Below, piece by piece: positions 38,798-52,215 of a stretch of DNA of 64,000 bases (the first letter of the stretch is position 1; every line of letters begins with the position of its first letter). Below the pieces are notes generated by a model that saw nothing but the letters and a program-made list of their open reading frames with translations, was not told the DNA's origin and did not search any database. Source of the stretch: Chiloscyllium plagiosum (lineage: Eukaryota); the NCBI RefSeq assembly GCF_004010195.1, contig NC_057711.1, forward strand, positions 72,762,067 to 72,826,066, given 5' to 3'. The position numbers and the translations under genes were made by a program.

Positions 38798-39712
38798 GGA
38801 CACACACTGCAGTTTCCCAAAGCAGAAGGCGAGACAGGGGGAGCAACCCTTTCTGCATGAAAGAGTGCAACAAGCCTGACAGGACTTAATTGTCACCCAG
38901 TTCCAATAGATGTCAATAGGTGCAGTGATAGTCACCGACAATAAATGACTGAAATCAAGCAGTTCCTGTTTGGTCCCAGTAACGAATGCAGACTTTTTTT
39001 ATTTGTTTTTTTCTTCACTTTTGTCATTGATTAAATAAAAACATTTTAAAATTTAGAAGTTGTGGATGTAGGGGGTTGAATTCCTCTAGGTGGAACACCT
39101 TTTAATGTGGCAATGCTGTTGGACATCAGCAGACACATGGTCCTTGCTAGAAGGTGAATCCTGTACCAGTGGCAAGGAACACGCAATGATTAGGGATTCT
39201 CCTAGCACTGCAGATTTCATTCTGTCACACAGCCATTGATACTAGATGAATATTTTCTGCCCAGATTGGCAGTGAGGACTTGTTTTGAACTGCGCTTTGT
39301 TTGATTACTCTGGTCTGACCTTACTGTTATGAGTGGCCCAGCTGGGAGTTGAGAATTCCTGACGATATCATTCTCAGAATCAATGGAACAATCCAGCATT
39401 TCCATCATAGGAAGGTGGAAAGACTTTGGGACAGGGAGGCTCCAACATAAAATAAAACAGTGCAAGTGAAGACATATTTACAAAAGTGCTGACTGTACGC
39501 AATGGTTGAACAACCATGTCACCAATGATCCTGCAGAAGGCTTTCTCTTTCCTCTCCATTAGGTTCTGACCAAGTGCAGGCATGGGTTCTACAGCCAGGG
39601 TGGACAGATATGCCCTGGTGATTTTGAAGACTTGAGCAGATAGATCCTGGTGGCTTTGGGTTTAAAGGTTACCAGCGAGATGAAGCTCTCCTGCAAAGTT
39701 GTACGTCAGCTC

Positions 39713-39843
39713 GGAGAAAGTAAGGGCTGCAGATGCTGGAGATCAGAGTCAGAATGTGTGGTGCTGGAAAAGCACAGCCAGTCAGGCAGCATCCAAGGAG
39801 CAGGAGAGTCGATGTTTCAAGCATAAGCTCTTCATCAGGAATG
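39713..39843 (-). mobile_element. Short PLE-terminus insertion (family A)
   Basis: Minus strand attc-CTGATGA-agagc-ttat-gctt-GAAA-ca-TC; degenerate flanking duplication gcaaag(t/a)tgta. Confidence 0.85.
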
Positions 39844-41857
39844 TGGCAAAGATGTATGCTCAGACTACCTGACTTTCATTGCTGAAGTCAATGGAATCAT
39901 TGGCAGTGAGAAGGTGAATGGCAGAGCACCTGTGGAAGTGTCAGAGATGAGGCTATCTGGATAGCTGTCCATTGTTCCTTTTCTCTGGGGATGCCATCTG
40001 CCACCACCCTGTCTCTTGGGAAGATGGGGCATCTAGAGTGAGGTCAAGTGCCACGTTCTCCTCTTGCCTTGCCATTAATCCTGAGCATCCATAGCTGGAG
40101 CAACAGAGTGTAAGACTAAGCCAGTGTTCAGCACTTACTGAGAATTCTGCTGGAGCTAGCCCTCCAAGATGGCACCATCCTTTCCATGGGAGCTGCTATC
40201 TTGAGATTGGTATTCAACGGCAGAATAAAACTAAATAATGTCCTTGTGCATTTAAGGAAGCAAGAGAAGATGGTACCACAAACTCTTTGGAATGCAGGGA
40301 ATCACTGACTTTTCAAAATGTGCTGACACTGACCAACACTGCAGTATCAACCCAGGCTGGACAGGTCTAATGCAATGGCCTCCTGTTGCAGTCAACTGGG
40401 AAGAGACTGAGCCTTCTTTCAGTGACCCCATCCAGCAATGTCTGGAAGCCAGCATCAGTGAACCTGAAAGTCAGTTTTGACTTCTTGAGAGACATCTGTG
40501 GGTTTCTAGGGGTGACCACCACATGCTGAGCGGCAGCTCCTAGATTACAGTGAGGTAAGTGGTGTCCAGCTTGCCTTTAAATATAACACCAGAACCTTCA
40601 GCCCACAAGGTCCTGTACATGACGAGATATTGTGTTTTCCTCATCACATGTGATTTGTTCATTAATTGATGCAACATCTCATTGCATGAACAATGAGCTG
40701 ATAAAAAGTGATCGCACGAGATTTCCATCCCCACACCACCAGTGGATGTTCCACCATTGAACACGCTCAGTACCATACTTTAACTTCAAAATGGAAAATC
40801 TCAACCATTTTGTATTGGTTATAAAGCACCTTTAGATGTCCTGAGATTGTGAAGGGGTTTGTTGGAAGCTAACTTCTTCCTTTTTAGTACAACATCAATG
40901 CTCCATCTGTAAAAAACTGGCAGTTACTGCTGTATGATGGACTCCTTAATACACTGCACTTGTTCTGTTCCAGAAAAATCTAAAAGCTGAATGAAACACT
41001 GAGGGCATGGACAGCTTCACATTTGACGGCAATCTTAAATATATTGATTTAATTTTAGCTGCACTCCTTCATCTGCTATCCTGCAACTAAGATTTTGTTT
41101 TGGTGTCATTTGTTTCTTAATACATATTAAAGCCTAAGTAATTGAATGAATAATATCAATTGCACATTATACTAAACAAATGCCCTGTTTCTTTTCCCTT
41201 CATTTGTTGTCCCATCTCACTGCTCTCGTTGTGTGTTGGTTAACAGAAAGTCTAGTCAATGGCACAGAACAGAGCTTTCTCTACTAGTTTCCTATAGTTC
41301 CCACACCCACGCTGAAAAACACCATCAGTGAAGTTGTGTTCTCCCGACTCCCTTAGTTAATATATGGATTCCTGAGACATGAATTGAGGGCACTGAACCA
41401 AGACAGGTTCCAAAGCATCAGTGAGAATATTCAGTTTCAACAGGGCTCTTTGGAAGGATGCAAACTTGGACAATGCAATCTCAATCTATTTGAAACCTTA
41501 ATTCAAAAGTTTGAACGTTTTGAAAAGTGATGGCAAACTTAGATGATACACTCAGGATGTTCAGCGGTTGCATCTCACTCAGTAATGCCTCAATTTTAGT
41601 ATGTTGAATGATCCTATAAGTTGTTCTCCACAGAGAGCAGAAATGATGTGCTTGAGTCCAGGAGAGGGGTGATGTCAAAAGGGAACGTTGAAGTTGGAAC
41701 ACTTCTCAGAGCATTCCCACAGCACACAATAATAGTTTAATATTGACCATTTAAATACAAATTATATGGCTTTTTTAAATGGAAAATAACACTTTGAGAT
41801 ACTCTGTGAATAAACGCTTACAAGACTGGCCTAAGTATGGCATGTCTTCCCTTCTGC

Positions 41858-42214
41858 TGGGATGGCACCATGGCTCAGTGGTTAACACTCCTGCCTTCAC
41901 AGTGCCAGGGATCCAGGTTTGATTTCAGCCTTGGGTGACCGTCTGGATGGAGTTTCACATTCTCCCCGTGTCTGCATGGATTTCCTTCAGGTGCTCCAGT
42001 TTCCTCCCATAATCCAAGAAGTGAACATTAGGTTGATTGGCCTTGCCAAATTGCCCATAGTGTCATGATGTGCATATTCGGTGGATTGGCTAATGGTGAG
42101 TTCAGGGTTGCGGGGATTGAAAACAAGGCTGGATCTGGGTAGAATGCTCTTCAGAGAGTCCACGTGATTGTTTTGCACCAAATGGTCTTTTTCTGCACTG
42201 TAGAGATTCTACGA
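41858..42214 (+). mobile_element. tRNA-derived V-SINE
   Basis: tggctcagtggtta A-box, ggtttgatttc B-box, V-like core, tail tgcactgtagagattcta. Confidence 0.85.
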
Positions 42215-44409
42215 AGACATGGAAGTGTATTGTTTTTCAGAGAAACAAGTGTCTTTGAACTGAAGTTCTCCACTTCTGCAATTTTTTTCCATCTTACCCG
42301 GATCCTGCAGTCTAATTGTTAAAGGTTGTTTGCTATGTTTAGTAAATAACTTCATTACCAATGCATCATTTGATTACCAATATGTTAAGGTTGAACTATG
42401 TTTTAATCTAGCAGTTCCTATATTCTATGATCTTAAAATGATTGTTATTAATCCTGAGCTAGCCTAGACATAACATATATAATAGGATAGGTTGAGGTTC
42501 CAAGGCGATGCAGATTATTTATGAAAAGTCCCCTTTATTGTCAGTGAACGTTGAGAGACAGATTGACTGCAAGCTCAGAATTAAAGTACCTTTAGGGCTT
42601 TTTTTCTTCACAGCTGTAGCTGAACAAAATTTCCACTAAAGATACAGCAGTAAAATGTGCAAAGGCAGAAAGAAATCCATTACCAAACAAGTTAAAACGA
42701 TGCTTAGGTGTAATATACATGATCCAATACTTTATCCCCCTAAAGTACACAGTACAAAGCAAATGCACAAATATTCACTAGGGATGGGCAACAAATGGTG
42801 ACCTTGTTAGTGATAGCCAAATGCCAAGATCTGAATACAACAATGTTGTTTAAACACATCATGAACACAGACTTCATTAAAGTCATGCTCAGCCTGCTCT
42901 CACACTCCTTCTTACCTATTTTACAACTACCTATCATGTGGCCTTAATGGCATTTGGTCATTCTTCATATGTGTGCCTGGATGGTATGCAAGGTAATCTA
43001 CTACGCATGGTGATAGGAGAGGTCAAAACTAAGTATGTGTTCCTTACTTGATATCACAATATTTTCACTTTGAGCTATTGGGACGGGAGACAGAAATTTC
43101 ATAGACTGCAACCCTTACAGAATAAGAGCAAGCTCCTAAATTTGTACTGCAATTTTGAGTTTTGCAATGTGATTAACTATGAAATAGGTTGATAAAAATG
43201 AGTTGACATGTCCATCAATAATAACTTCCTGATAGTTAATGTAAAAAATCTGTGGAAGCAATAACCCCAACCAGAAAATGTTGACATCTTTCTGTGCTTA
43301 ACAGCATTTGATCACACTCATTCAGAATGATCAGCGTTCCAAAACATTCCTTCTGTCATTGCTTGACATCCAGCAATGATCTATTGAAGTTGGTGACCCG
43401 GAATGAAATCACACAGTGCTCCAAGTACATCAATTGTGAACATTTATTTTCCTTTAAAATACTTAGCAGAATTCAATTGAAATCACTGGAAATCAACTAA
43501 CAGGGAATTAAGCTGAAACAAAACCTACGTGCAATTCCTCAGTCTAGAAGGAATCAAAGAAAGGGAGTAACTCAAAAATCACAATTTTTCTAAGTCCAAT
43601 TCTGTGATTACTTAATGTTAACAAGTCACTACAGTGATGATTAATGCTATTAGTATTTGCTTTATTGATTAGCATTACAATACTCAGTTATTTTAATATG
43701 ATCTAGTTTTTTTTATTTTATATATTATTGCAGTCTTCCTGCTATCCACTCCTGTTCTACTCCGTTTCTGCCTGCTCCACTTCCTTCCTCTACTTCTCTG
43801 CACTCTTCCTCTCATGCTCCCATCTCATCACCTCAACCTACTCTCCCCTCTCTTTCTCCATCCTCTGCTCTTTGTCCCTATACTCCAGTATAGGTGCTGG
43901 AGTATAGGTACAGTCGTAGCTGTACAGGACATCGGTTAGGCCACTTTTGGGACACTGCATTCAATTCTAGTCTCCCTGTTATAGGAAAGATGCTGTTAAT
44001 CCCAACACCCTCCTCAGTTATTCCTCCCATCCTGTCTCCTCCATGCCCACATCCCTTTTTCAACTCAACCCCATCCCACCCCTTCACCATCTCCTCACCA
44101 TAATTGTTTCTGGTAACTTTTTTGTTTCTCATTTATAAAAACAAAACATTATTATCTTGTAAACAGCATAGAATCTAGAGCAAATAATTTATAAATTAAA
44201 TCAAAGACAATGGTAACGGCAAGACAGGTGGGGTGTTGCTGCTGCAACATGTGGAAGCTACCAATGCGATCCAGCGTGAACACCTTCCCAGTAAGTGTTT
44301 GTGCCTCAAGGAACTTTGGAACTAAATTAAAGAGCCCAAGTGCAACTCAAAGATATTGTGCCACATCAGAGAAGGGAAAGTTACCTAAGCACATAAATCC
44401 CTGGGATCT

Positions 44410-44905
44410 GCAAAAGCACAGCAGGTCAGAAAGCATCCAAGATGCAGGACAGTTAACATTTTGGGCCAAAACCCTTTGTCAGTACTGGGGAGGAGGTCGT
44501 GGAGCCAAGAAATAAATAGAGAGAGGGAGGTTAGGGCTGGGGGAAGGTCAGGTGGGATGGTAATAGGTAGGGGGTTAGTCAGTGGGAAGGGTGGAACAGA
44601 TAGGTACGTAGGAAGATGGCCAGTTTAGGTCAGGCCAGGGAAGTGAGGAGCAGGGGTAGGGCTGGACACGGGATAAGGCCTCACCTTTCCATCTTCCTAC
44701 TCATCTACCGATTCCATCCTTCACAATAACCTCCTACCTGCATCCACCTATCACCATCCCACCTACCCTGCCCCCAGCCTAACCCCCTCCCTCTATTTAC
44801 TGCTGAGCTCCCCTCCCTCTCCCCAGTCCTGACAAATATCTGAAACATTGACTTTCTTGTTCCTCAAATGCTGTCTGACCTACTGTGCTTTTCTAACTTC
44901 ACATC
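44410..44905. mobile_element. Fold-back PLE pseudo-LTR remnant
   Basis: G-rich arm 44410-44680 mirrored by C-rich arm 44685-44895; aaaagcacagcaggtcag / ctgacctactgtgctttt. Confidence 0.75.
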
Positions 44906-44932
44906 TATTAACCCTGGAAGGCCTTACTGTCT

Positions 44933-46444
44933 CCAAATCCCTGGGACCAAATCATGTATACCCTATAACTTTGTTGGAAACGAGGGAAAAGATTGCTGGG
45001 CCTTGTGCTGAGATACTCGTAACACCGACTGCCACAGATGAGGTGCTGGAAGTCTGGAGTTGGGCTAACATGGTGCCATTATTTAAGAAAGGTGGTAAGG
45101 AAAAGCCAGGGAACTATAGACCAGTGAGCCTGATGTCAGTGGTGGGTAAGTTGGTGGAGGGGATTCTGAGGGACAGGATTTACATGTATTTGGAAAAATA
45201 AGGACTGATTAGGGATAGTCAACATGGCTTTGTACATGGGAAATCATATCTACTAACTTAATAGAGTCTTTTTAAAGAAGTGACAAAAAATAATGATGCA
45301 GAAAGAATGGTGGACATTGTCTCTAAGGACTCAACAAGGTTCTTTATGGTAGACTGATTAATAAGGTTAGATCACATGGAATGCAGGGGGAGCTAGCCAA
45401 TTGGATACAAAATTGGCTTCAAGGTAGGGGACAGCGGGTGGTGGTGGAGGGTTGTTTTTCCAACTGCAGGTCTATGACCAGGTGTGCCGCAAGGATCGGT
45501 GCTGGGTCCACAGCTTATTGACATTTATATGAATGACTTGGATGTGAATATAGGAGGTATGTTTAGTAAGTCTGCAGATGACACCAGAATTGAAGGTGGA
45601 GTGGATTTTGAAGAAGATTATCTCAGAGTAGAACTGTATCTTGATCAGATGGGTCAATGGGCCAAGGAGTGGCAGATGGCATTTAATTTCAATAACTGTG
45701 AGGTGCTGCATTTTGGAAAAGCTAATCAGGGCAGGGCTTATACATTTAATGGTAAGTCCCTAGGGTGTGTTGCTGAACAAAGAGAGTTTGGAGTGCAGGT
45801 TCATAGCTCCTTGAAAGTGGAATCACTAGGACAGTGAAGAAGGTGTTTGGTATGCTTGCCCTTATTGGTCAGTGCATGGAGTATAGGTGCTGGAGTATAG
45901 GTACAGTCATAGCTGTACAGGACATCGGTTAGGCCACTTTTGGGACACTGCATTCAATTCTAGTCTCCCTGTTATAGGAAAGATGCTGTTAAACTTGAAA
46001 AGGTTCAGAAAATATTTACAAGAATGTTGCCAAGGTTGGAGGATTTGAGCTACAGGGAGAGGCTGAACAGGTTGGGGCTGTTTTCCCTGGAGCATTGGAA
46101 GCTGAGGGGTGACCTTCTAAATTATATAAAATCATGAGGAGCATGGATAGGGTGAATAGCCAAGGTTTTTTTCCCAAGATGGGGGTGTCCAAAACTAGAA
46201 GCCATAGGTTAAAGGTGAGAGGGGAAAGATTTAAAAGAGACCTGAGTGAAAATCTTTTCACAAGGAAGTGATGGAGGCTGATACAATTTTGTCATTTAAA
46301 AAGCATCTGGATGGGTACATGAATAGGATGGGTTTAGAGGGTTATGGTTCAAATGATGGCAAATGGGACTAGATCAGTTTAGGATATCTTGCCAGCATGG
46401 ATAAGTTGGATTGATGGGTGTTTCCATGCTGTGCAACTCTATAG
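44933..46444 (+). mobile_element. Younger 5'-truncated CR1 nested in the old CR1
   Basis: KSLGPN, PGNYRPVSL, PQGSVLGP, SADDT; tail gcaactctata. Confidence 0.93.
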
Positions 46445-46611
46445 CTTTGCTCCAGAGGGTGGTCACACCATTCAGATTAGGTGATTCAGAATTTGCTCTG
46501 TGATCAGGGATTGGTAGGTGTGACTGCAGATGAGGCAGGAATGAGGACCCACAGGTTTCCAATTGAGGAGCCTTGGCCTCTGTAATTGTCCAACATTTAT
46601 AAGGCCCTGAT

Positions 46612-46715
46612 CAGTGTGGTGCTGAAAAAGCACAGCAGGTCAGGCAGCATCCGAGGAGCAGGAAAATCGAAGTTTCAGGCAAAAGCCCTCCATCAGGAAA
46701 AGGCAGGGAGCCTCA
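46612..46715 (-). mobile_element. Short PLE-terminus insertion (family A)
   Basis: Minus strand CTGATGG-agggc-tttt-gcct-GAAA-ct-TC. Confidence 0.8.
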
Positions 46716-47827
46716 AGGGTAGAGAGAGATAAAAAAAATAAAAATAAAACCAAGTTGTGAAGATGCAAGTAGGGACTGCAGGGAGGATAAGCAAACTACC
46801 ATGGGACTTGAGTACAGGAAGTCATTCAAGTTGATGGAGCAAATTGGAATGCAATAATGGTAGGGGACTACATCATTGGGGGGGAACAGAAAGTATTCTC
46901 TGCAACCATGAGCAGGAGACTCAAAGCCTGTGTGTCTGCCTGGTATCAAGATTAGGAACATTTCTGGTCTGGGGAATAACTTGGGATGGACTAGTTATCA
47001 TGGTGGTACCAATGACGTTGTTGGAACTAGAGAGGAGGTTCTGCTGAAGACTTTTATACTGTTAGGAGCTAAATCAGAAAGCAGAGACTCAAAGATAATA
47101 AGACCTGCATTACTGAGTAAAGTGTCATAGTGTCAACTAAATCAAGGAATTAAGTGCATGGCTCAAAGATTGGAGTGGATGGAATGGGTTTCAGTTTGTA
47201 GGGTGTGAGTACTAGTACTGGAGTAGAAGGGTACTATTCTAGTGGATGGGCTTCACTTCAATCATGCTGGGATGTGTGTCCTAATGAATCAAATAACTAG
47301 AGCTGTAGAGAGGGCTCTAAACTAACTTGACGGAGGGGACATTTGGGAGAGGGGAAATGAAGGCTTACAATACAAGAAGTTATAGTAGCATTACATGACA
47401 GTTAATTGGATAAGAACATTCAGAGGAAGGGACAGAGTGTGCAAACATGGAAAAACAGCAATAAATAGAGTCAAAGGAAAGAATGGCAAAAAAGATACAA
47501 AGTAAAAAAATCAGGGACAGGCAGGAAGGAAAGTGTGGTGGGTAGCATTGCTAGTATGGTATGCAATTAGTATAATAGCAGGAAATAATCTATGATTGGA
47601 AGATGTGGAATCGATATGGATGGAGGGGAAAGAAGACACTGGTAGGAGTAGGTTTTAGGCCCCCTTTACAGTAACTGTATAAAGGAACAGGGAATAAATC
47701 TGGAGATAATGAGGACATATAAAAAGGCAGTACACTAATCATGGGTGAATTTAATCTTCACATAAATTGGGAAAATTAGATTGGCAGAGATAGCTATGAG
47801 GATGAACTCACAGCATGCATTCAGGAC

Positions 47828-47919
47828 TATCACCTGATGAAGGAGCGTCGCTCCAAAAGCTAGTGTGCTTCCAATTAAACCTGTTGGACTATAACCTGGT
47901 GTTGTGTGATTTTTAACTT
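47828..47919 (+). mobile_element. Short PLE-terminus insertion (family B)
   Basis: Perfect 12-bp TSD tgcattcaggac at 47816-47827 and 47920-47931. Confidence 0.88.
47831..47865 (+). ncRNA. Minimal hammerhead motif (family B), G12 mutated to A
   Basis: CAC-CTGATGA-A-GGAGC-GTC-GCTCC-AAAA-GC-TA-GTG: stems I and II pair. Confidence 0.65.
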
Positions 47920-49904
47920 TGCATTCAGGACAGTCTCCTTGTGCTGTAGATTCAAACAGGGATCGAGTTACTTTGGTTCTGGTAATGAGCAATGAGACAG
48001 TTTTAACAAACGATGTCAGATGAAAGATCTCCTAAGAAACAGTGAGCATAATAAGGTAGAATTTGACATTCAGAATTAGAATGAAGAACATGGGTCAGAA
48101 ACAACTGTGCCGAGCTTAAATAAAGTAATGACAAAGGATGAGGGCAGAACCAGTTGGGGTGGACTGTGAAGGGAGTTTAACAGCAAAGATATTTGAGCAC
48201 CAAGGGCAGACCTCTAATAAAATTGTTCATTTTTCACAGCAAAGATAGTTCCCCAGGAGGGAAAAGAATTCCAGGAAGGGGAGAAGTCAACCATGGTTAA
48301 CCAGCAAAGTTAAGGATAGCATCAAATTGAAAGAAAAAATACACAGTGTGACAATGATTAATGGTGAGGCAGAGGAGTGGGAAAAATCAACAAACTATGA
48401 CCAAGAAAGTAAAACGAAGGAGAAGACTAGCTTTGAGGGTTATCTTGAAAGTAATATCGGGATTGACGGAAGAGCTTCTTTATCGGAAGCGAGAGGCCAA
48501 ATTGAACACAGATACCTCACAGAATGAGCTGGACACTTAATAATGGGGAATGAGAAAATGGCAGAGGAGTTACATAAAGAATTTGTATCAGTCTTCATAG
48601 TAGAAGACTCTAATAAATCTTGAAGATTACTGAATAACGAAGAGCCAAAAGGAGGAGGAGAAAAAAATATAATGACTATCACTGCAAAAATGTGCTAGGG
48701 AAACTAAAAGCCAATAAGTCTCCTGGACCTGATGGGTTGCTTCCTAGATTAACAAAAGAAGTAGGTACAAGATAATGGATGCACTGGTAATAATCTTCCA
48801 AGGATCCTTAGATTTTAGAAAAATTCCAGTGGATTTGAAGACTGCCAAAACATTACCAATACATAAAAAGGGAAGGAGCTACACAGGTAGCTATTAATCA
48901 GTTAGTTTAATGTCTGTAATTGGGAAAATGTGAGCATCTATTATAAAGAATGTAATAGCAGAGCATTTGGAATACATAATATGATCAAGCAGGATTGGCA
49001 TGGCTTCACAAGGGGAGAATCACACCTGAGGAATTTAGTCGAATTCTTTGAGGAGGTAAGAAGCAGAATAGATAAAAAGGAACCACTAGATGTAACATAT
49101 TTGAATTTTAAGAACATATTTGATAAGGTACTACACATTAGGCCACTTAATAAGAGCTCATCACTTTGGAGGTATGGATAGAGAGTTGGCTAACTAATAG
49201 TACAGAGATTGGGTTAAGGCAAACATTTTTCAGGATGGAAACCCATAATTAACTAATTGTCACAGTATTCAGTGCAGGGCCCATAGTTATTTTTAATACA
49301 TATAGATGACCTGAATGAGGAATGTGAATATACTGTTGCTAAGTTCACAGGTGACTCAAAAATAGTTAGGCAGGCAAGAGGATGATACAAAGAATCTGCA
49401 GAGGTATATAGATGGGTAAAACAAGTGGTGCAAACATTTAGCAGATGGAATAGAGCATGGGAAAATCTAAGGTTATACACTTAGATATAACCTTAAAATT
49501 GTGATATCTAATAACAATTAGATATTAGATAATCTAATATTAGAATATTATCTAATGTTAATATTATATTTAACAACCTGAGCTAAATATTATTTAAATG
49601 AAGAAAGACTAAAAAGCAACAGAGCAAATGGATTTTGAGTTCTCATGAATGAATCACAAAATGCTACCCTCTAAATCCAGCAGATAATAGGGATGATGAT
49701 TGGAACATTGGTCTTTATTTCAAAGGGAATGGAGTGTAAATGCTAATATTATACTCGTCAGACTTTGCTAATATTATACTCGTCAGGCAGCTGGAATACT
49801 GTGAACAGTATCTAAGGAAAGATATATACTGGCATTAGAGGCAATCCAAAGAAGGTACACAAGACCAATACACAAGACCAGTGGTGTAATACTCTTACAA
49901 GGAG

Positions 49905-50315
49905 AATTTCATGGAGGGAGCATTTTGGGAACAGTGACCATAATTCTGTAAGTTTTAAGTTACTTATAGATAAGGATAAGAGTGGTCCTCAGATGAAAAG
50001 TACTAAATTGAGCGAAGGCTAACTACAACAATATTAGGCAGGAACTGGGGAATATAGATTGGAAGTGGCTGTTTAGGAATGTGATCTGGCAATCTTTTAA
50101 AGGCCCATTGATTAGAGTTCAGGACCAACATGATCCTGCAAAAGCAAAGACTCTTGTTATCCTTATCCAGGAGTCTTGGATGACAACCGAAATTGTGAGC
50201 TTAGCTAAAAAGAGAAAGGAGGCACATGTAAGGTTTAGGAAACTGAAAATATTTAGAGCCCTCAAAAATTACAAAGAAAGCATGAAAATACTTCAACAAG
50301 GGAATTAGTCGGGGG
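49905..50315 (+). mobile_element. CR1 ORF2 fragment (endonuclease end and linker) running into the gap
   Basis: EHFGNSDHNSV; WMTTEIVSLAKKRKEAHVRF. Confidence 0.85.
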
Positions 50316-50815
50316 NNNNNNNNNNNNNNNNNNNNNNNNNNNNNNNNNNNNNNNNNNNNNNNNNNNNNNNNNNNNNNNNNNNNNNNNNNNNNNNNNNNNN
50401 NNNNNNNNNNNNNNNNNNNNNNNNNNNNNNNNNNNNNNNNNNNNNNNNNNNNNNNNNNNNNNNNNNNNNNNNNNNNNNNNNNNNNNNNNNNNNNNNNNNN
50501 NNNNNNNNNNNNNNNNNNNNNNNNNNNNNNNNNNNNNNNNNNNNNNNNNNNNNNNNNNNNNNNNNNNNNNNNNNNNNNNNNNNNNNNNNNNNNNNNNNNN
50601 NNNNNNNNNNNNNNNNNNNNNNNNNNNNNNNNNNNNNNNNNNNNNNNNNNNNNNNNNNNNNNNNNNNNNNNNNNNNNNNNNNNNNNNNNNNNNNNNNNNN
50701 NNNNNNNNNNNNNNNNNNNNNNNNNNNNNNNNNNNNNNNNNNNNNNNNNNNNNNNNNNNNNNNNNNNNNNNNNNNNNNNNNNNNNNNNNNNNNNNNNNNN
50801 NNNNNNNNNNNNNNN
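50316..50815. other. Assembly gap (500 N)
   Basis: N run. Confidence 1.
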
Positions 50816-51989
50816 CTTATTAGCATTGGATACGATTAGACAGAGCTAAGCAGGGCACATAAAATATGTTGAACATAAGAGGAGAGACAATGACATGGTT
50901 TACAAGTTGTCTTTAAAAACAATGCACAGCTCAATTAACATGTTCACAGAGAATTATCACTCACACTGCAACTCCACCCACGCCACCCCACCCCCATCCC
51001 ACCCTTTCCCATCCATTCATCTGTTGCAATTTGATAATTTTAGAAATCTGAATTTATGTTGGATTCCATCATAGCTCTCAAGCAGCAGCATTTAAACCTG
51101 TATAATTGTGTCATGGGAGGCAGAAAACTTCATTTGCAGCGGGTTGTAAAGTCACACTGCTGACTCATCGACCTGCTCTGAGCCAAAGCAAAGGATTATG
51201 TCTGCAGCATACATGACCTATTTTCCCATGAGCTTCTGATTGGCTAGGTTAGTGAGAACAGTTGAATTCTCAAAGCACAAAATGTATCCTTTGCTGCTCT
51301 GCTGCCAAGTTTCCATTATTGTTGAGCATTCAAGTACTTTTCCCCTTAGAGCAGCCTGTCCTTGCATGAACACTTGGAAGAAAGTCAAGAACTCATTGTT
51401 TATTGTTTACATATCATGACACTTAACATTTCTCCTGCTATTTCCAGTGTCCCTCAGGGTCCCTTCACTTTTATTGAAAATTATCAAAAAGGGTGAAGTT
51501 CAAAGCTGAAGAGTTAAAAATTAGTTTCCCTTTATTAAACGTAATGCATTCTTTGGATACAATTACTTTGTTAATTCACTGGATATCAAATTCAGAAACA
51601 ACCCTCGTGGAACTATTCATACAAATATTCATAAAAATGCAAAAATTATTTCTGGAAAACTGCACGACACGACATTAGCATTGTACATATAGGATAATTA
51701 AACATAGCCAAGAACGCATTCCCTAGCAATGACATGGCTGCACTGTAAATAAATAGGACACAATTAATTATAATTTGTGCAAATTCTGTTGGTGGAAAAT
51801 GCAGTGCAGAGTGAACCTGTGCAGGAGAAAAACTGTTTAGTGTTGCAAGATCAAGAGTAACACTGACAAATTAATATTTAAATTAGATTTTCAATTAGGC
51901 TCTGGAAAACATTTTTTTTGCTTGGAAGAAGATGACTCAGATTACATCTGTTTCAATAAATGCTTCAGTGGAGAAATGACAAAAAGCAA

Positions 51990-52215
51990 TAACTAATAAG
52001 CATCTTTTTAATGTCCTCAGAACTTCCCAAAGCATTTCACAGCTAATTAAGTATCTTTGAACTAGTCACTGTTGGTATGTAAGCAAACATGGATGTGAAT
52101 TTGTACACAATACTAAAACTAATGACCCTTCCTTGGTAAGGAATAAATACCAGTTGGAACATCAGCAGAAAGTTTCTCATAATTTTCAAATAAAATTGTA
52201 GGATTTCCTTTTCTT
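51990..52215 (-). mobile_element. Ancient SINE with L2-type tail (possibly DeuSINE-like)
   Basis: cccaaagcatttcacagc..ttgaactagtcactgttg; recognised by eye only. Confidence 0.45.

Larger units (their letters stand above)
44190..49865 (+). mobile_element. Old near full-length CR1 (ORF1 esterase plus ORF2) with four nested insertions
   Basis: ORF1 IMVGDYII..CLPG.KI..HGGTNDV..DGLHFN (46855-47270); ORF2 KSPGPDG, HGFTRGESHLRNL, YLNFKNIFDKV. Confidence 0.8.

Noticed and set aside
39070..40810. Possible ancient Harbinger-like DNA transposon remnants (also 27780-28700, 52460-53345)
   Set aside because: Only vague resemblance; no verifiable TIR pair, TSD or transposase motif
49741..49786. 21-nt direct duplication tgctaatattatactcgtcag
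   Set aside because: Ordinary local slippage or repair in a decayed LINE
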